Origin: Utricularia gibba
Lineage: Eukaryota; Plantae; Magnoliophyta
DNA length: 64,000 nucleotides
Assembly (NCBI GenBank): GCA_002189035.1
Contig: CM007990.1
Coordinates: 1,116,001-1,180,000 of the forward strand
Direction of reading: 5' to 3'
The notes under the pieces were generated by a model. The model made no database searches. It saw only the letters and a program-made list of their open reading frames with translations, and had not been told where the DNA came from. The translations under genes were made by a program, and so were the position numbers. Below are positions 10,996 to 34,439 of the stretch, in pieces. Within the stretch, counting starts at the first letter, position 1. Every line of letters starts with the position of its first letter.

Positions 10996-12587
10996 GCTAT
11001 TAAAGCAGGCAATCTTTTTTGTTAGTACTGCCACACAAGGATCGTTGTATCTTAGCAGTTCCTTCTCTGCTGCTGTTCAGCCCCAAGATTTCTTCATGTG
11101 GTCTTTCAGATGAGTTCTGAACATAGAGTTGAGATCATTTCAGCAGCTGTGTTCTGCGATGCTGCATAGAGATCCATACAGCACTATGGTTAAAAATCCG
11201 ATCATCTTATTTATAAAATTACCTATCCTCGATTTCTATCACACACACAAAGTATAAAAAATTATATATATAATAGATAGTTTTTATATATTATTTTAAT
11301 AATGGGTATTTTTCAAAATCACTCTACCAATTCTCATACACTTCCTCATCATTCCTCCAAATTAAAGTATGCCAAGGGCAATAATGGGATGCGATGAATC
11401 AAAATCAATTAATGGTTACAAAATCAATTTTTTGAATAAAACGCATATTGAAATTTCTTGTAACAGCAACAAACCTTTTTTTATTATATTTAATGAAATT
11501 ATTTTTTTAATATGTAAAAATTTTTATTAATTTTTTCGGGTTATTATTTAATATGACGTTAAATTAACCAAAAATGGGATCTTTCTTTATCCACTCTTTT
11601 ATTTTTTTCAACTACTTAATTGAAAGAGGAAAAGATGGGTAGCTATTTCCAGGATGGACCCCACCGACGAGCGCCGCCGCCTGTCCAAATATATAAGCAC
11701 GTGAAACACGCAAATTTATTTATTTTTTTCAAAAAATATTTTTTTATTATCCTCCAGATGTCCCTAGAATCCAGATACGCAAGTATTTCAAAGAGTTGAC
11801 GGAGTCAAGGTTGACCCCTGCTAAATGAACCACAGCTAACAATAGCAGCTCTTTGACGGGTAGTTTACATTTTTGAGAGTGGATGCGACTCTAAGATTAA
11901 TCATACTGAAATTAATGATTTATAAAAAAAATATAAATGATATTAAAAAGATTAGATTCAAACAATTAATATTAATCTATAATTTATTATATATTACATA
12001 CTTTATTTTTCATTTTTCAATTATTTTTTGGAAATGAGTACAGTTGTTTTTCATTTCTTATTGAAACTAAAATGAAAAAACTTGGTTTTATTTCGAAAAC
12101 AGTTTAAAGTATAATTTGTACTATTTATTTTAATATTGTGATTTTCCAAAATTAATATAGTTATAAATAAAATTCAATAACTTAATTTCCGAAAATACCA
12201 CATTATCATTTTCGGATAGTGATAAATATGCTATAATGGATGAGAAATAGATGTTTTCCAACAAACTTATTCCATAATAACAACAAACATAATATCCAGC
12301 CTATTTCTTGATATACGATTGTTTGTTATAATAGATCAAAGAAAAATAAATGATTTCAAGACTTGTAGTTGTTTTACAACTAACTTAGTTAACAATAATA
12401 AGGAACATATAATTCAAGTTATTTTTTGATTTGAGATTGTTTGTTGTAATAGATATAGAAAAATGGATAATTTCCAAACTTGGAGTTGTTCTCCAACTAA
12501 ATTATTCCACAACAAGAGGAAACACAAGATTCAATCTATTTCTTTAATCTTCTGTTGTACACAGAGCAGGCGAGTCGTGCTTTCGCG

Positions 12588-14474
12588 TTATCGGGCAGCC
12601 ATTTTCGATGCCAAAGCGAATCGGAGCTGATCTTGTGAAAACAGTCTGCCTTCCATCCTGACTGTAGCTTGTTGGATCATCATCTCATTCACTACTGATA
12701 CACTGCCGTGATGCACATCTAACTCCAGTTCTTGCAGCGCCACCATCAGTTTAGCTGCTGGATGGTTCTTCCTGCTGCACTGAACCCGGATCATGGCGTC
12801 TCGCCCCATGATACTCACCTCCACAGAAGCCTCCGGTACCAGAAGGGCTGAGGAGCATCTTGTTTCTTTGGATGATGATAATGATGATGATGATGAGGGT
12901 TCCTTCTTTAGCCTCTCCAGCTGCTCTCTGAGATGGGCTTTATCGGATTCGGAGCTTTGCAGCTTTGATCTCAGCTCGTTGATGTAGGCTATGGCGTCGC
13001 CGAGCAGGGAAGCCTTGTCCATCTTGGATACATTAGGAACCACAGCTCTAAGGGCGTAGAATTTCTGGTTCAGCTTCTCCCTTCTCTGCCTTTCAGCTTC
13101 GACATGATTCAGAGGCTCTTCCCTGCCGTTCGCCGGCTTTCTGCCGCGCTTTCTCGGCCGTTTCTCGGGTTCAACGATGGAACTGCTGCCCATCTCCTTC
13201 ATTACTGAAGCCTCAATATCAGAATGGTCAGATTCCACGCAACAGATACTATCGTTTCTAAGTGTTCCAGAGGATGGAGCTATCACACCAGAAGTGAAAG
13301 ACATCATTCCTTCATCGTTGCTGCTTTTTGATGTGGGAGTTTTCTTCGTTGTTTTGTCAACTCCCACATTCATCTTCTTGCTTTCACCAAAACTCAGTAT
13401 GTCAGCCGACTCCTGTTTGCAGGATCCGTTGCTTCTGATGAACCTGAAATCAGAGAAAACCGAATCCTTAATCGAGTTCCCTGTGCCCTCACTGCAACTG
13501 GGATTTCCATTCCCAAGCACGGTGACCTGTTTACTGGGAGCTTGCAGCGAATCCTTGTTCTCCAAGAATGAAGAAGAAGGGTGGTGATTAAGCCATGTAG
13601 TGGCAGCAGAAGCATCACCATCTCCGATATGCCAGGAACCCGACCCAGCAACAGAACCCCCTTGATTCCCACTGAAATTAAACAACAATCTGACCTTTTT
13701 CATCAGATCAAAGCTCTGGAAAACCACATCTGTGGAACCAAGCTCCACGACGCCGTTCGGTAATGGTATGCAAACCATGGTTCGAATCCCAAACCCCAGC
13801 GCTTGATGGGCTCGTTCACAGTTGGCCTCGGCGAGACGCTCCGGGCCGGTGACCCAGACGGGGCCGGAGGTATAGAGCGCCTGGCCGGGAATTCCCCATC
13901 CACTTGGAAAGGATTGAGTCATGGAAATCAGAAAGAACCATTCCGTATCTGTAACTTCTTCATCCACAGCGTCTTCTGCAGAAGCCTGTGAACCAGAAAC
14001 CAAAGCGTTCAATTCTCTGAGAACCTTCTTTCTGTGGGCTTGCTCCGACGGCGAAGACGACGACGCTTTGCGGTTCCCTTTATCTTCCTCCCCTTTATAG
14101 TACCCATCTCCCCAGCTCAAAACAGGGGGCATCCCGAATTCAGTCACTGAGCTCTGCCAAAAGATAGCGTAGGTCCACGCCTCGCGAGCGCCTTCGATCA
14201 AAGCAAGGAATCGCTGCTGAAGGCTTTCTTGAGTGAAAACCTGAGGTTCCGGGTGAAGCGCCGCCGTCTTGGAACCGAGCGGGTGCGACGGCGGCGGTGG
14301 AGAATGAATCGGGGTGTAAGCGATTTGTTGACCAACTGACCAGAAGGAACCCAGATCAGAACCAGATGCAATAAACGATTCCATCATCGCAGATTCCCCC
14401 TCCGCCGGCCCACTTATTTCCCGACCACTACCCCCCCACATATCCACAGAAGCAGCATCCGGGAACACAGTCAT
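12588..14474 (-). CDS. MYC2: MYC2-type bHLH transcription factor (jasmonate signalling), intronless
   Basis: bHLH-MYC_N region ([58 protein letters not shown]), b[46 protein letters not shown] and an ACT-like C-terminus. The first ATG after the TATA-like box is at 14474; the ORF-track start at 14627 is a GTG. Confidence 0.93.
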   Translation of the reverse strand: MTVFPDAASVDMWGGSGREISGPAEGESAMMESFIASGSDLGSFWSVGQQIAYTPIHSPPPPSHPLGSKTAALHPEPQVFTQESLQQRFLALIEGAREAWTYAIFWQSSVTEFGMPPVLSWGDGYYKGEEDKGNRKASSSSPSEQAHRKKVLRELNALVSGSQASAEDAVDEEVTDTEWFFLISMTQSFPSGWGIPGQALYTSGPVWVTGPERLAEANCERAHQALGFGIRTMVCIPLPNGVVELGSTDVVFQSFDLMKKVRLLFNFSGNQGGSVAGSGSWHIGDGDASAATTWLNHHPSSSFLENKDSLQAPSKQVTVLGNGNPSCSEGTGNSIKDSVFSDFRFIRSNGSCKQESADILSFGESKKMNVGVDKTTKKTPTSKSSNDEGMMSFTSGVIAPSSGTLRNDSICCVESDHSDIEASVMKEMGSSSIVEPEKRPRKRGRKPANGREEPLNHVEAERQRREKLNQKFYALRAVVPNVSKMDKASLLGDAIAYINELRSKLQSSESDKAHLREQLERLKKEPSSSSSLSSSKETRCSSALLVPEASVEVSIMGRDAMIRVQCSRKNHPAAKLMVALQELELDVHHGSVSVVNEMMIQQATVRMEGRLFSQDQLRFALASKMAAR

Positions 14475-14608
14475 CCGATAATCGATCACCCCACGTGAGC
14501 TTCGCGGGTACCCAGAAACAGAAATTGAGGGAGACGTTGAGAAAAAGGAGGAAAAGCAAGACGGGACAGGAAGCAAGAAAAGCAGCAAGCAGATGACTAA
14601 AATACTGA

Positions 14609-14618
14609 TATATAAATA
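14609..14618 (-). promoter_or_regulatory. Probable TATA box of MYC2
   Basis: TATTTATATA on the minus strand, followed by a CT-rich leader, about 135 nt upstream of ATG 14474. Confidence 0.5.
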
Positions 14619-16369
14619 CCTGGTCACGAATCCGCGACGAGCTCACCATACCCGGATACCGCCAACTCCCACGTCAGCATATCTGCTTCGTCCTGGACCG
14701 CCGGCGGTCAATTCCAGACAGCCGGGTAGATACCTTACTCATCCATAACTACATCCAGCAACTGCTTAATCCAGCCCATGGAACCCCATTCTTGATGCTC
14801 AAATTCAGCACAAAAATGATGGTAATCAAATACCATCGCCGATCAACTGCATTTCTCAAGTTAGTCAAGAAATAGATTTTCATTAATGACACTTTAAACC
14901 AGGTTAGGGAACAGTCTAATCACACTTTAATACCGCGATTTAGGATTTGATGGAGATTAAATACTCTTTCACCGCCAGGTGTCATCCAACCAATCATATT
15001 TTGGAGACCTTATTTCAGCGTCTTTTAAATAATATTTTAATTTTACTGTATAAATTTAAATAAAAATGAATTCATGTTTTGTCATTTTAAAATTATAAAA
15101 TAAAATAAAGAATTAAAAAAACATTTTAGTATGAAAAATTAAAATAAATGAAAATTATGCATTTTCATTCTGAAAAATGAAAAATAGGCATATTTTATAA
15201 AAATATTAATTTTTCATTTCAAGAATAAAAAATAAAAATAAATGTGTGTGAGGATATTCTCTGAGTTTTTTTAATAATAAATTTTGATTAGTATCTATTT
15301 TATAAATGATTAGTTTTACAAAAGATAAAATTCATTTTTATTTAAAAATAATATTTATTTTTTATGGTTTTCCTGTAGAATTAAGGTATCATATTATGTT
15401 CATAGTAATTTATAAAATATAAGGTTATAAAGTTAGTGATAATATATCACATTGATTATGATCATAAAAGAGTATGTATTTAAATATAAATGTAATTCTA
15501 ATATTGTATGAGAAATTTTTTTAAAAAAGAAAATGTAAAATCTTAATTATTATATATTCTAAATGAATAATATAATATAAAAAAGATAAATATATGAATT
15601 CTCTTAATATTATATAACATTTTATTCAAAATTGTGTAACATAAAATCATAACAATTCATTAAAAATATTGTATAAAAATTTGTGTATTGTCATGACATA
15701 AATACATGTATATTCGAACGCGGAAGCTTCCTAGTCCCTGTCTAAAGCTTGATCCGTAAAATGAATGTGAATCACGTTTTGGTCTTCGGCGGTTATGAAT
15801 AAATAAATGGGATGGCAATTTCTGAGTAATTTTTAATTGGCCCAAGTCAGGTATAAAATATAATTTTTGGAACCCTTGTGGGATACAAACGAATTATTAT
15901 TATTATCATTATTATTGGGGCATATTCGTAAAACGCTACGAATTAATTATATTTATAATATATATTAAAATGATGAATTTTAAAGATTATGTGAATAAAA
16001 ATAAATGAGGACGTCATGTGGGGTTAGGTGGGAAATGACTAATATGCCCCACACCATCAGCGCTCTCATCCGCGTCTTTCTTTCTCCTCCGTAGAGGCGA
16101 CTCCCTTTGTCCTCCTGGTATCATCGTCGGATTCCATGGAAGCCAAGATCATTGTGATGGATGGAAATCAGAGCAATAAAGGCTCCAAAGGAAGCCGACA
16201 AACATCTGGTGATGAAACTCCAAGGGAGAGATCCGACAGGCACAACGGGAAGGTAGTATGTGTGTTGAATGAATTAGAGGAAGAAGAGATCCTGTCTGGT
16301 TCGTATACAACCACCATCACAGCAATCTGAAGTTCATTACAATGTTGAACTTGAACATGGGAGGTTGGT

Positions 16370-18716
<2,347 letters not shown>

Positions 18717-20615
18717 GCCGGATGGTTAGAAGATAGTCGGAGGAAATGGAATGACGACGGAGACGAGCTCGTGGCTGGTCAGTGTTGAAAAAACGTTGAC
18801 TAGTGTTGATGTGTAATTTTCTCATACATTATTTTAATAATGGATATTTTTCAAAATCACCTCGCAAAAAATCCTACGGTGGCAGCCATGCTTGACTTAC
18901 TGGCGCGTTGGGTACATACGCCTCTGCAAAAAAAAATGTTTTTAAAACAGACATTTTCTGTAATTCTTGTAAAAATAGCCTTGTTTTACTAAAATAATCC
19001 TATTTATACAATATTAATTTAATTTAATATATAAAGATAGTATTTCATAAATATAGTCTATAAATACAATTATTTTTATTTAATAAAACTTTATTTTAAA
19101 CTATAACTTTTATTAAATATAAATACAAATTATGTATAATTAACTAGATAAGAACATGGATTATCATAACCCATAATACAAAATAAGCCATATAATTAAT
19201 AATATTATATTTTAAAAAATAAATAATTATTTATAAAAGAGCGATTCCATGGACTTGAGATCATCGATTTGAGGTAAGCATCGCCGACTCTTCAAACGTT
19301 TGATTAAGACCATAAAGTATATTTTACATTTAATATATACCCAAATTATTTGATAAAGACATATTATTAAATACAGTTTAATTATAAAATCTCACATTTT
19401 CAAAAAGCATATCAATGTATTAGATTAAATATTAATTTATTTGATAATTTATCATATTATGAAAGCATCACAATAATATTAATTTAAAATTTATTTTATG
19501 AAAAGTAGAGTGTGGTTATTTAGATAATAAATACGTAAAATAGATCGATTTTGATAATTATTATAAAATAGTATTATTTGACTAACAAAATTTTAGCATA
19601 TGACTATTTTGCTAAAAACCCCCTTGACTTCCTCCAAAACTGTCTCACCACCTATAACTACGTCAAGCTCTGCGTTAAAAAAACAAAAAAAAGAGTTGAC
19701 CGTTTCAAGATCTTCCTACTTTGATTATCAATTAAATTCATCTTATTTAACATTTTATTTTTTTTTAAATTTGTTTGGGGTATTGAGTTTCCATCTCAAC
19801 TCGGCGGGGTGACCGGCCGGTCCAATAGATTGAACGGAAATCGTTGCTTTTCGAGTCACCGAGTCCATCATATTACTTATGTATAATTTCTCGAAAAGTA
19901 TTTTTTGATAATTAATTTTAAAATTAAAAGATGAAATTGTGCAGTTTTATTTAAAATAAAAAACGATTTTAAATTTTTTAAAATAGATTTCACTCATATT
20001 AAATAACAAAACTGTTTGTAAAACATTTTTTCAAAAGAAAAAGTTTCTAATAAAATATTAACGTAAATTTTATTTTTGAAAGTTTAATTTATTTAAAATG
20101 TTTTTTATAAATAGAAATTATTTCAAATATATATTTATATAAATTGATTTATATTTATCGGTTTATCTAATGAATTAAATGGATAAATCCACTTTTATTC
20201 TTATTCAAACGCGGTCCTTTTTCTCCCCGTACGGTCGGCAGAATTCCTGGTGGTTACGGTTATCATAACTCTCTGATAGAAGATAAGTTTTCCAACTGTC
20301 TTCATAGACTTTGGAACTTGTGGAGGAGAAAACTTTCTCGGTACAAAGGTAGCCCTGCTTCCTTGACCTCTGGGCAATTATCCACTGATTTGTCATCATC
20401 CTGTGCATCTCCGCCGGCGGAAGTGGAGGCCCCGATTTAGCCTGGGAACCGGAGTTCCCAACTTGGGTTTCGATGCCGCATGCTCTGATGTTGTGTGACG
20501 CCTATCGCAGTGAATTTTCACCGTTGTCTTTACAGAATAACCGCATGGTATCTCCGATACAATACAACAAGCTCGAATATGTTTCGGAAATGGAACATGG
20601 GATGGGATGGATGGA

Positions 20616-23110
<2,495 letters not shown>

Positions 23111-23341
23111 AGCCGATGGCCGGAAGCTAGCCTGAGCCGATGGATGATCGTGGATCAAACAAGACAGAAAGAACGGTCGGCCGGAAAAGTCAACCACGTG
23201 CTCTTAAATAAACGCAGCGTGAACAATATGACTTTTCAACGCGGTCGGGAATATTATATTAAAATACTCATTATCAATTAGAATTATTATTTTTAAAAGA
23301 AGTAATGACAAAAAAATAATATTTCATGAAGGTATATTGGA

Positions 23342-25691
<2,350 letters not shown>

Positions 25692-27151
25692 ACCTGATGG
25701 AAGATGATCTCAGCCGATGGATCCTCGTGGAGAAGCTTAAACGCTTCAGAGTCAATCCTTGTGTTCTCAGATTTGACGATTCATGGCACTAGGTAGCCGA
25801 GTTGTTTGAAACTTCAAAACAACGTTGTATCCAGACACTTTCTTGAAAAACATTTTATGTTTTTTTATTTTATTTTTTGGAATTAAAAATTGGGGATGAT
25901 TTCAAAATTTAACTAGCATTGATAATTCTTATAAAAAAATATAATCAAACTTATGAATGATAATAAAAATCAATTATATTGAATAATAAAACTGTTTATA
26001 TACTTTGATTTAAAATCTATTTTAAATAGAGTTTAAAAATATAGATCACATTTGTATTGTTTAATTTATTTAAAGTTAAATGTAGAAATAATTAATTTAA
26101 ATAAACATAAAATATTTGATAAAACTTAGTTACTTTTGATGGGAGACGATATTTTAGGAATAGCTAATATTTTGACGAAAGTTGTTAAATGAATTTATAA
26201 AGAAAACTATTTGAGTGTTTGTATTAACTATAATACTTTTTAAATATAATTAAAGTTTTCTAAAATATTTTTTAAGCATGAAAATAATATTATATTTTGA
26301 TTCATATTATTGACAAAAATTTTATCATCATATATTATTTCTACAAGTTAGGTTTTTCTTATATGATATTATCTATTTTGAATACATGATTATTATAATT
26401 TTATATTTAGAAAAAATAGTATATAAAATTAGAAAAATCAATCTTTTTAATCATATCTCCTCCTACTTTTGTAACCAATGTGATATACTATCCTAACCCT
26501 TGGCCTTACATAATTATTTTATATTCTACCAAACATTTTATTATATGACCAAGAAAATCTCCAATTACACATCCATATAGTTCAAAAATTATACTACAAG
26601 ATTTTTTCAGAATTTATAAGTAGAAAATTATTGAAAATAATATTGACAACAAATTTATGTTTATTAAAAATTATAAACTTAAATTACTTGGCAATATCAT
26701 CATATTTACACAATTTTTTAATATTGAATTAAATTCACAATTTTAAATACATATTAGACTTAAAGTGTGTTTAAATATCAAATATTAATTTTAATTTTTT
26801 ATAAACCTTGTCTTAATTAATAATACGATATTTTGATAATTTACTAATATTTCCATTTAACTCCAATTACTAAATAAAGTTTGCCAAATTTTTAATAATA
26901 AATAGATATAGTTTTATATAATATAAAATAGAATACTGTTCCTGAACAAGGAAGGCGTTAGTACATGTTTCATTTCCAAACGCTAAGTACCAAGATGATG
27001 CCACCAGGAAGCAAAAAATGCAGAGACCGATGACAATGGTTTGGTGCTCAGACAACACAGCAGCATAAATCTTGTTATTTCGCCAGAAAGAAGGGGTGGG
27101 GAGGAGAGGGGGAAGTGCGTATCTGTGTACAGTGTCCTCTTTTCATTGTAC

Positions 27152-29741
27152 TCAAAGGATTCTGTCCTGAAGATCCATCAGAAAAGAGGATGCAATGCAG
27201 CTTATCTTCCTTCCAGTCTCTTCAGCAATGTTTTTAAAATTGGAGATGTCGTTTTGGGCCTGAAGCAAGGGTAAAAACAAGATGCGGGCACAGTTTCATC
27301 AGCACAGACATTCCATTGAAACAGGGTGCGTAGCTTTGAGAGCAAATGAAGAAGGTCTTGCCTGGAAAGAGAGCCGGTTGATGAAATCAGTTGCTGAGAG
27401 CTCGGGAGACTTTGGTGCATGACCAAAAAGATCTGCGCTGGAGATGGATGATGAGCCCTGACATGAATGGAGCGAATGGTGCATTGCTTCAGCAATTTAG
27501 GGAGCTTGGAACCAGAAGAAATGGATGAAAAAGGGGAATCTACATACCGAGAACTTCTGCAGGGAAATGGATGCCTCGTAGTTGTTGTTAGTGTTGGTTT
27601 CATCACCGAAGAATTGAGCAGAAGAAATTGATTTTGCATTGGAGAATTTCTTCCTAGCTTCATCAGTTTCCTCTACCTGGTTGATGACTAAAGGCATTAC
27701 TGCATTCTGCTCGATAAGTTTCAATCACAAAAGCGATAAGAGTAACTGAATAAGGATCGAATAAGGCCAGTGGGAAGATCATGAAAATGTTCAAAAGTAA
27801 TATCAGAAAGGAGGTTTATTAGGAGTAACAGAAAACCACTTTGATGAGGCCAGTCACCAGCACAGATACCTTGCTAATTAATATAAACCTCGACCATCAC
27901 CAAGAGGGAAAATACTACAAAGAGGAACCTCATCAGAAGCCTTCTATTTCTACACAACAAGAGAAACTTGCTAACTGAAACAAGGATTCTGAAAACTAAA
28001 ACGCGACTTGCCATGGAAAAATGTAAAGAGTATATAACTAAAAAATGTGCATGGAAGAGATTCAGAAAATTTAACTCTGTCGCAATGAAAAAAGAAGAAA
28101 CTTTTACCACTGCAGCAATAAAATGTGGAAGTGGTAAGATCAGTACTTAAAAGAAAAACAAGATACTCTGGAGTATAAGAGGTTTCATTCAATTTTCAAG
28201 CTGTTCCTAAGCATTAGTTTTGTAACCTGGGCTTTGGATAAGCTTGAGCTAATGCTTTTGGGGAAACCAATGTCCATGTCATATTCAGCAAAAAAGCTTG
28301 ATGACTTGGGAGGGGATACATGCCTAGCAACACGGGTATCTCCAACATCAGCATGAGTTTGTTGGGCATCTTCAGTGAACTCAAACCGAGATTTGAATGA
28401 AGAACCAACACTGATATTACTATCTTTCGGTGACATCTGAGAAAACTGAGCAGGAGGTTCTTCGGGCTTTTGATCATAAAGGTCATCACTAGGCTGCAAG
28501 GGATGAAGGGTCTCAGTGATACCGTGCATAAACAAGGAAAGATGGAGTAGAATTATGAAATAAACCATCTATTCTACAAAATTTTACCTTAGTAGCAAGT
28601 TTCCTAGCACCCAAACCACCTGTCTTCCCAGTCCTCTTAGCACCAAGAGACTTCATTATGGCTGAAGAACTTGCTTGAGATGCTCTCGGAGAAGCAGGAA
28701 GGTCATTGGCTCCGATTATGTGAAAACCATTTTCTATGGACCCGTCACCAGAGGAACCGGCTTTCAAGTGTTCATCAGCGTTTACACCAAAATATACGGC
28801 AGAATTTTTTACTTTAGGGAACGCAGCAGGTGATGATGGTAAGCCTGCCGCATTGCTCTTAGCAACTTCATTCGAGAGTAAATGCCTGTACAGTTCAGCA
28901 GCTCTGGAAGTATATTTGGCCTCAATCTTGCCTCCCCCGGACCAGCCGTGCTGCTTAAAAAAAACTTGTGCCCGGTTATTTCCACCAAATGTCATCATTT
29001 TAAGCTGTTCATCAGTCCATGAATCCAAAGTGGTAGACCTGCAAGGCAACCATTGCAGTTACAGGGAACAGAAAACTATAAGGAGTAATCAAATACACCG
29101 GCATAGGCCTAATATGGCACAGGCAACCATACAATCAATCATGGCTCAGCCAACCGAAATGCTCCATCAACAAATGTCTAGCCTGTTTTTGATAAGAAAA
29201 GCAGGCTCCATTGAATCAGGTGTGTCACATACAAAAGAAGTAAAATTTCATGGCCAAAACATCCAAAACATTGCTGCGTTGACCAGCTTTGCCAATCTTG
29301 TTTACATATAGATCTTGTTTCAACGACAGTTCCCATACTACATACCCACACAGAGATGCATCAAAAGCAACATTTTTTTTCGCCGCGCTTCTTTCATAAG
29401 CGCATCAGATAACATCAACTCCAGCATCCTCATATCCAAAATCTTCTAAACAAAAGAATCACCTGATAAAGCTGACGTGCACACCGAGGTTCCGGTGGAC
29501 CGCAGAGCAATCAATACACAAGAAAACCCCGTACGTGACAGACGCCCAAATAGGGCCCTTCGCGTTACAATCAAAACATATCTGCATATCCCAGCAGCCG
29601 ATTACCATCAAAACATACGCTGATTAGCGATCACAATCCAAAATCACAAAAATTAACACCATCAACGCTCACCTTGTTCTCGGGCCTGGCTTTCAGTCTC
29701 CGGAAAACGGTATTCTTGTCAACGCCGCATTCCGAAGCCAT
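27152..29741 (-). CDS. AGD8/9/10: ADP-ribosylation factor GTPase-activating protein, ArfGAP2/3 (Glo3) type
   Basis: [23 protein letters not shown] joined to the zinc finger ICFDCNAK...[19 protein letters not shown], then [10 protein letters not shown], the Glo3 motif [19 protein letters not shown] and a C-terminal amphipathic ...DLQDRIL. The last intron is GC-AG. Confidence 0.93.
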
Positions 29742-31295
29742 CCCGCGATCACCACCAGAGACGTTCGTATTTCAACGATCAGCAACGCTGCAGCCAACCT
29801 ATTAGCATGCCATCATCCACAGTCTTCCCTCCGCGGCGCTCCGATCAAACGACCAACGAAGACGGAGCACTTTCAGCTTGCCGCTTGAATCGAGAAAGCG
29901 CACGGTAGCCGCTGCCGCTGTATTATTCTCATTATTTTAATAGCATTTTTCGCTTAGTAGCTCCATAGTGCATGCTCTATTCTGATGGAATAGTACCGTA
30001 CACAGCCCCTATACACTAAAATGGATCCAAGTCACAATTGACTTTTGTATATATTTTTTTTACAAAAAAAATTCTATTTAATTTAATTTTCCTTTCTACT
30101 ACTATTACTTGATGTCATCAACTGACACTTAGTCCTTGTTTGGTATACTTCAATACTTTGAATTTAGTAACAATATGTTTTTGTATCAGTAAATTTTTTT
30201 AAATAAATAACTAGATATATTTAATTATAATTATAAAAAAATATCATATATAATTTTTTAAAACATAAATATATATTTTTTTAAATTACTTTTAGTATAA
30301 TTAATTTTACAATTGTTAATATTTTAGAATAAAACTATTTTTATTTTAAAAAAATAGAAATAATCTCTAAAATTTTTAAGAACACTGATTTATGCAATGT
30401 TTTGGAAAATTTTTCAAAACTATTTTTATTTTTCAAAATTATTTTTAAAAAGTAGAAATAAAAAGTAAAAGTAATCAACTCAATACTTTTGCAAAAATAA
30501 TTGTTATATTATAATTTTAAAAATATTTTTAATAGAATTACTTTTACAATTAAAATTATTCTAGAACAAAATTATTTTTATTTATAAAAAGTATAAATAG
30601 ATTTTAAAAATTTTCAAGAACAATACTTTAGTCTTTCAAAAATATTAATTTCTTACAATCGTAATTATTATTTTAGTAAAAATATGTATTTGGGTTGATA
30701 GATAAAATAAACACATTTGATTTTTAAAATTCAAATTTTAATTGTTTTAAAAAAATCAAAATAAAAAGTAATGCATAAAAAACTCAAAAAATTAAATATT
30801 ATGATATTAATATTCTATATTCATATATAATAGTTTATTTGAATTTAATCGTTAAAACCCGTGATCTAAATTTAACCTCAGATTGAAAATATAGGTGCAA
30901 TGGAACAAAATATGTATTTTAAATGGTGATATAAATCATTTTATTTTCACACATCATATCCTAAACCTTAAATACATTGGGCATCCCATGTGCCGGAAAC
31001 GCCTTTCCCAACAATCCCCTTAGTCAAAATTATTTTAAAATAATTTATAAGTAAATTATATTTTAAAATTCGGAACTATAAAGCATTTATTATAAAATTA
31101 TCAGTAATTGATTAATTCATCTTTACTCATGTGGGTGTCATGAAAAAAATTTAAAACTTTTTAGGACCATTTCAAAATACACATACCAATAGCTTGACGG
31201 AGATGGAAAATGCTTTTAAAAAAATTATTATGATTCCAATGATTTATGTAGATATCTAGAAAAAATTCAAAATGTTTGCCAAAAATATTGTAATA

Positions 31296-31520
31296 ACTTC
31301 GAACGAGAACCATGGTTCAGTTCAATGGTTACGATTCTGATTTTGAACTGAAAACGTGTAATTTGATTCTAATTTCAATTTGATTTAAGGTTTACGATTT
31401 TGGTTTCGAATAGAAATCAAGATTGAATTTAACATTGAACGGTAATTTATAAATTATCAATTTGATGAAACAATATGGTTCCGAACGAAATTTATCAGTT
31501 CGAAATCGGTCACAACACTA
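31296..31520. mobile_element. Degenerate hAT-like MITE remnant (related patches at about 34600-34747 and 35245-35380)
   Basis: Clustered GAACC/GGTTC/TCGAA subrepeats ending in ACAACACTA or ACAACTCTA; no TSD could be confirmed. Confidence 0.3.
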
Positions 31521-31964
31521 GGATCATACAAAATTAACGTTGATTATTATTAAATATTATTTAGGATGATCATTTTCATAAATTAGACTGCAGTTTTTTA
31601 ATCATTTTTATTGAGAAAGTGACTTTTGAACCATGAATTATTTATGAAAATGATTAGATTAAATTAGAATCATTTGAAAACAAAAAATAAATCATCCTGT
31701 ATAATTTAAATCGGTTTAAATATGATTGAATGTCATTTTAACGTTTTTTTCATAAAAATATTTATTTATTTAAAATGAATGGTTTAATCACCATTTGAAT
31801 TACATTTGACTTCATCAACTAATTTTGGCGAACTCATTTACAATTTTTTGTTTATAATTTAAAAATATATTTTCGTGGGCCATTCTTCTCGTCCGCCTCC
31901 GCGTACTTGTTGAACTCGGGAGTTAATCATTTTCCTCATACTTTTCTTTCTCCACAACTGAGGG

Positions 31965-34439
<2,475 letters not shown>

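Noticed and set aside
14475-14627. Hydrophobic signal-peptide-like N-terminal extension of MYC2 in the ORF track
   Set aside because: It starts at a GTG upstream of the probable TATA box (14609-14618), and the hydrophobic residues are simply the translation of the TATA box and the CT-rich 5' UTR.
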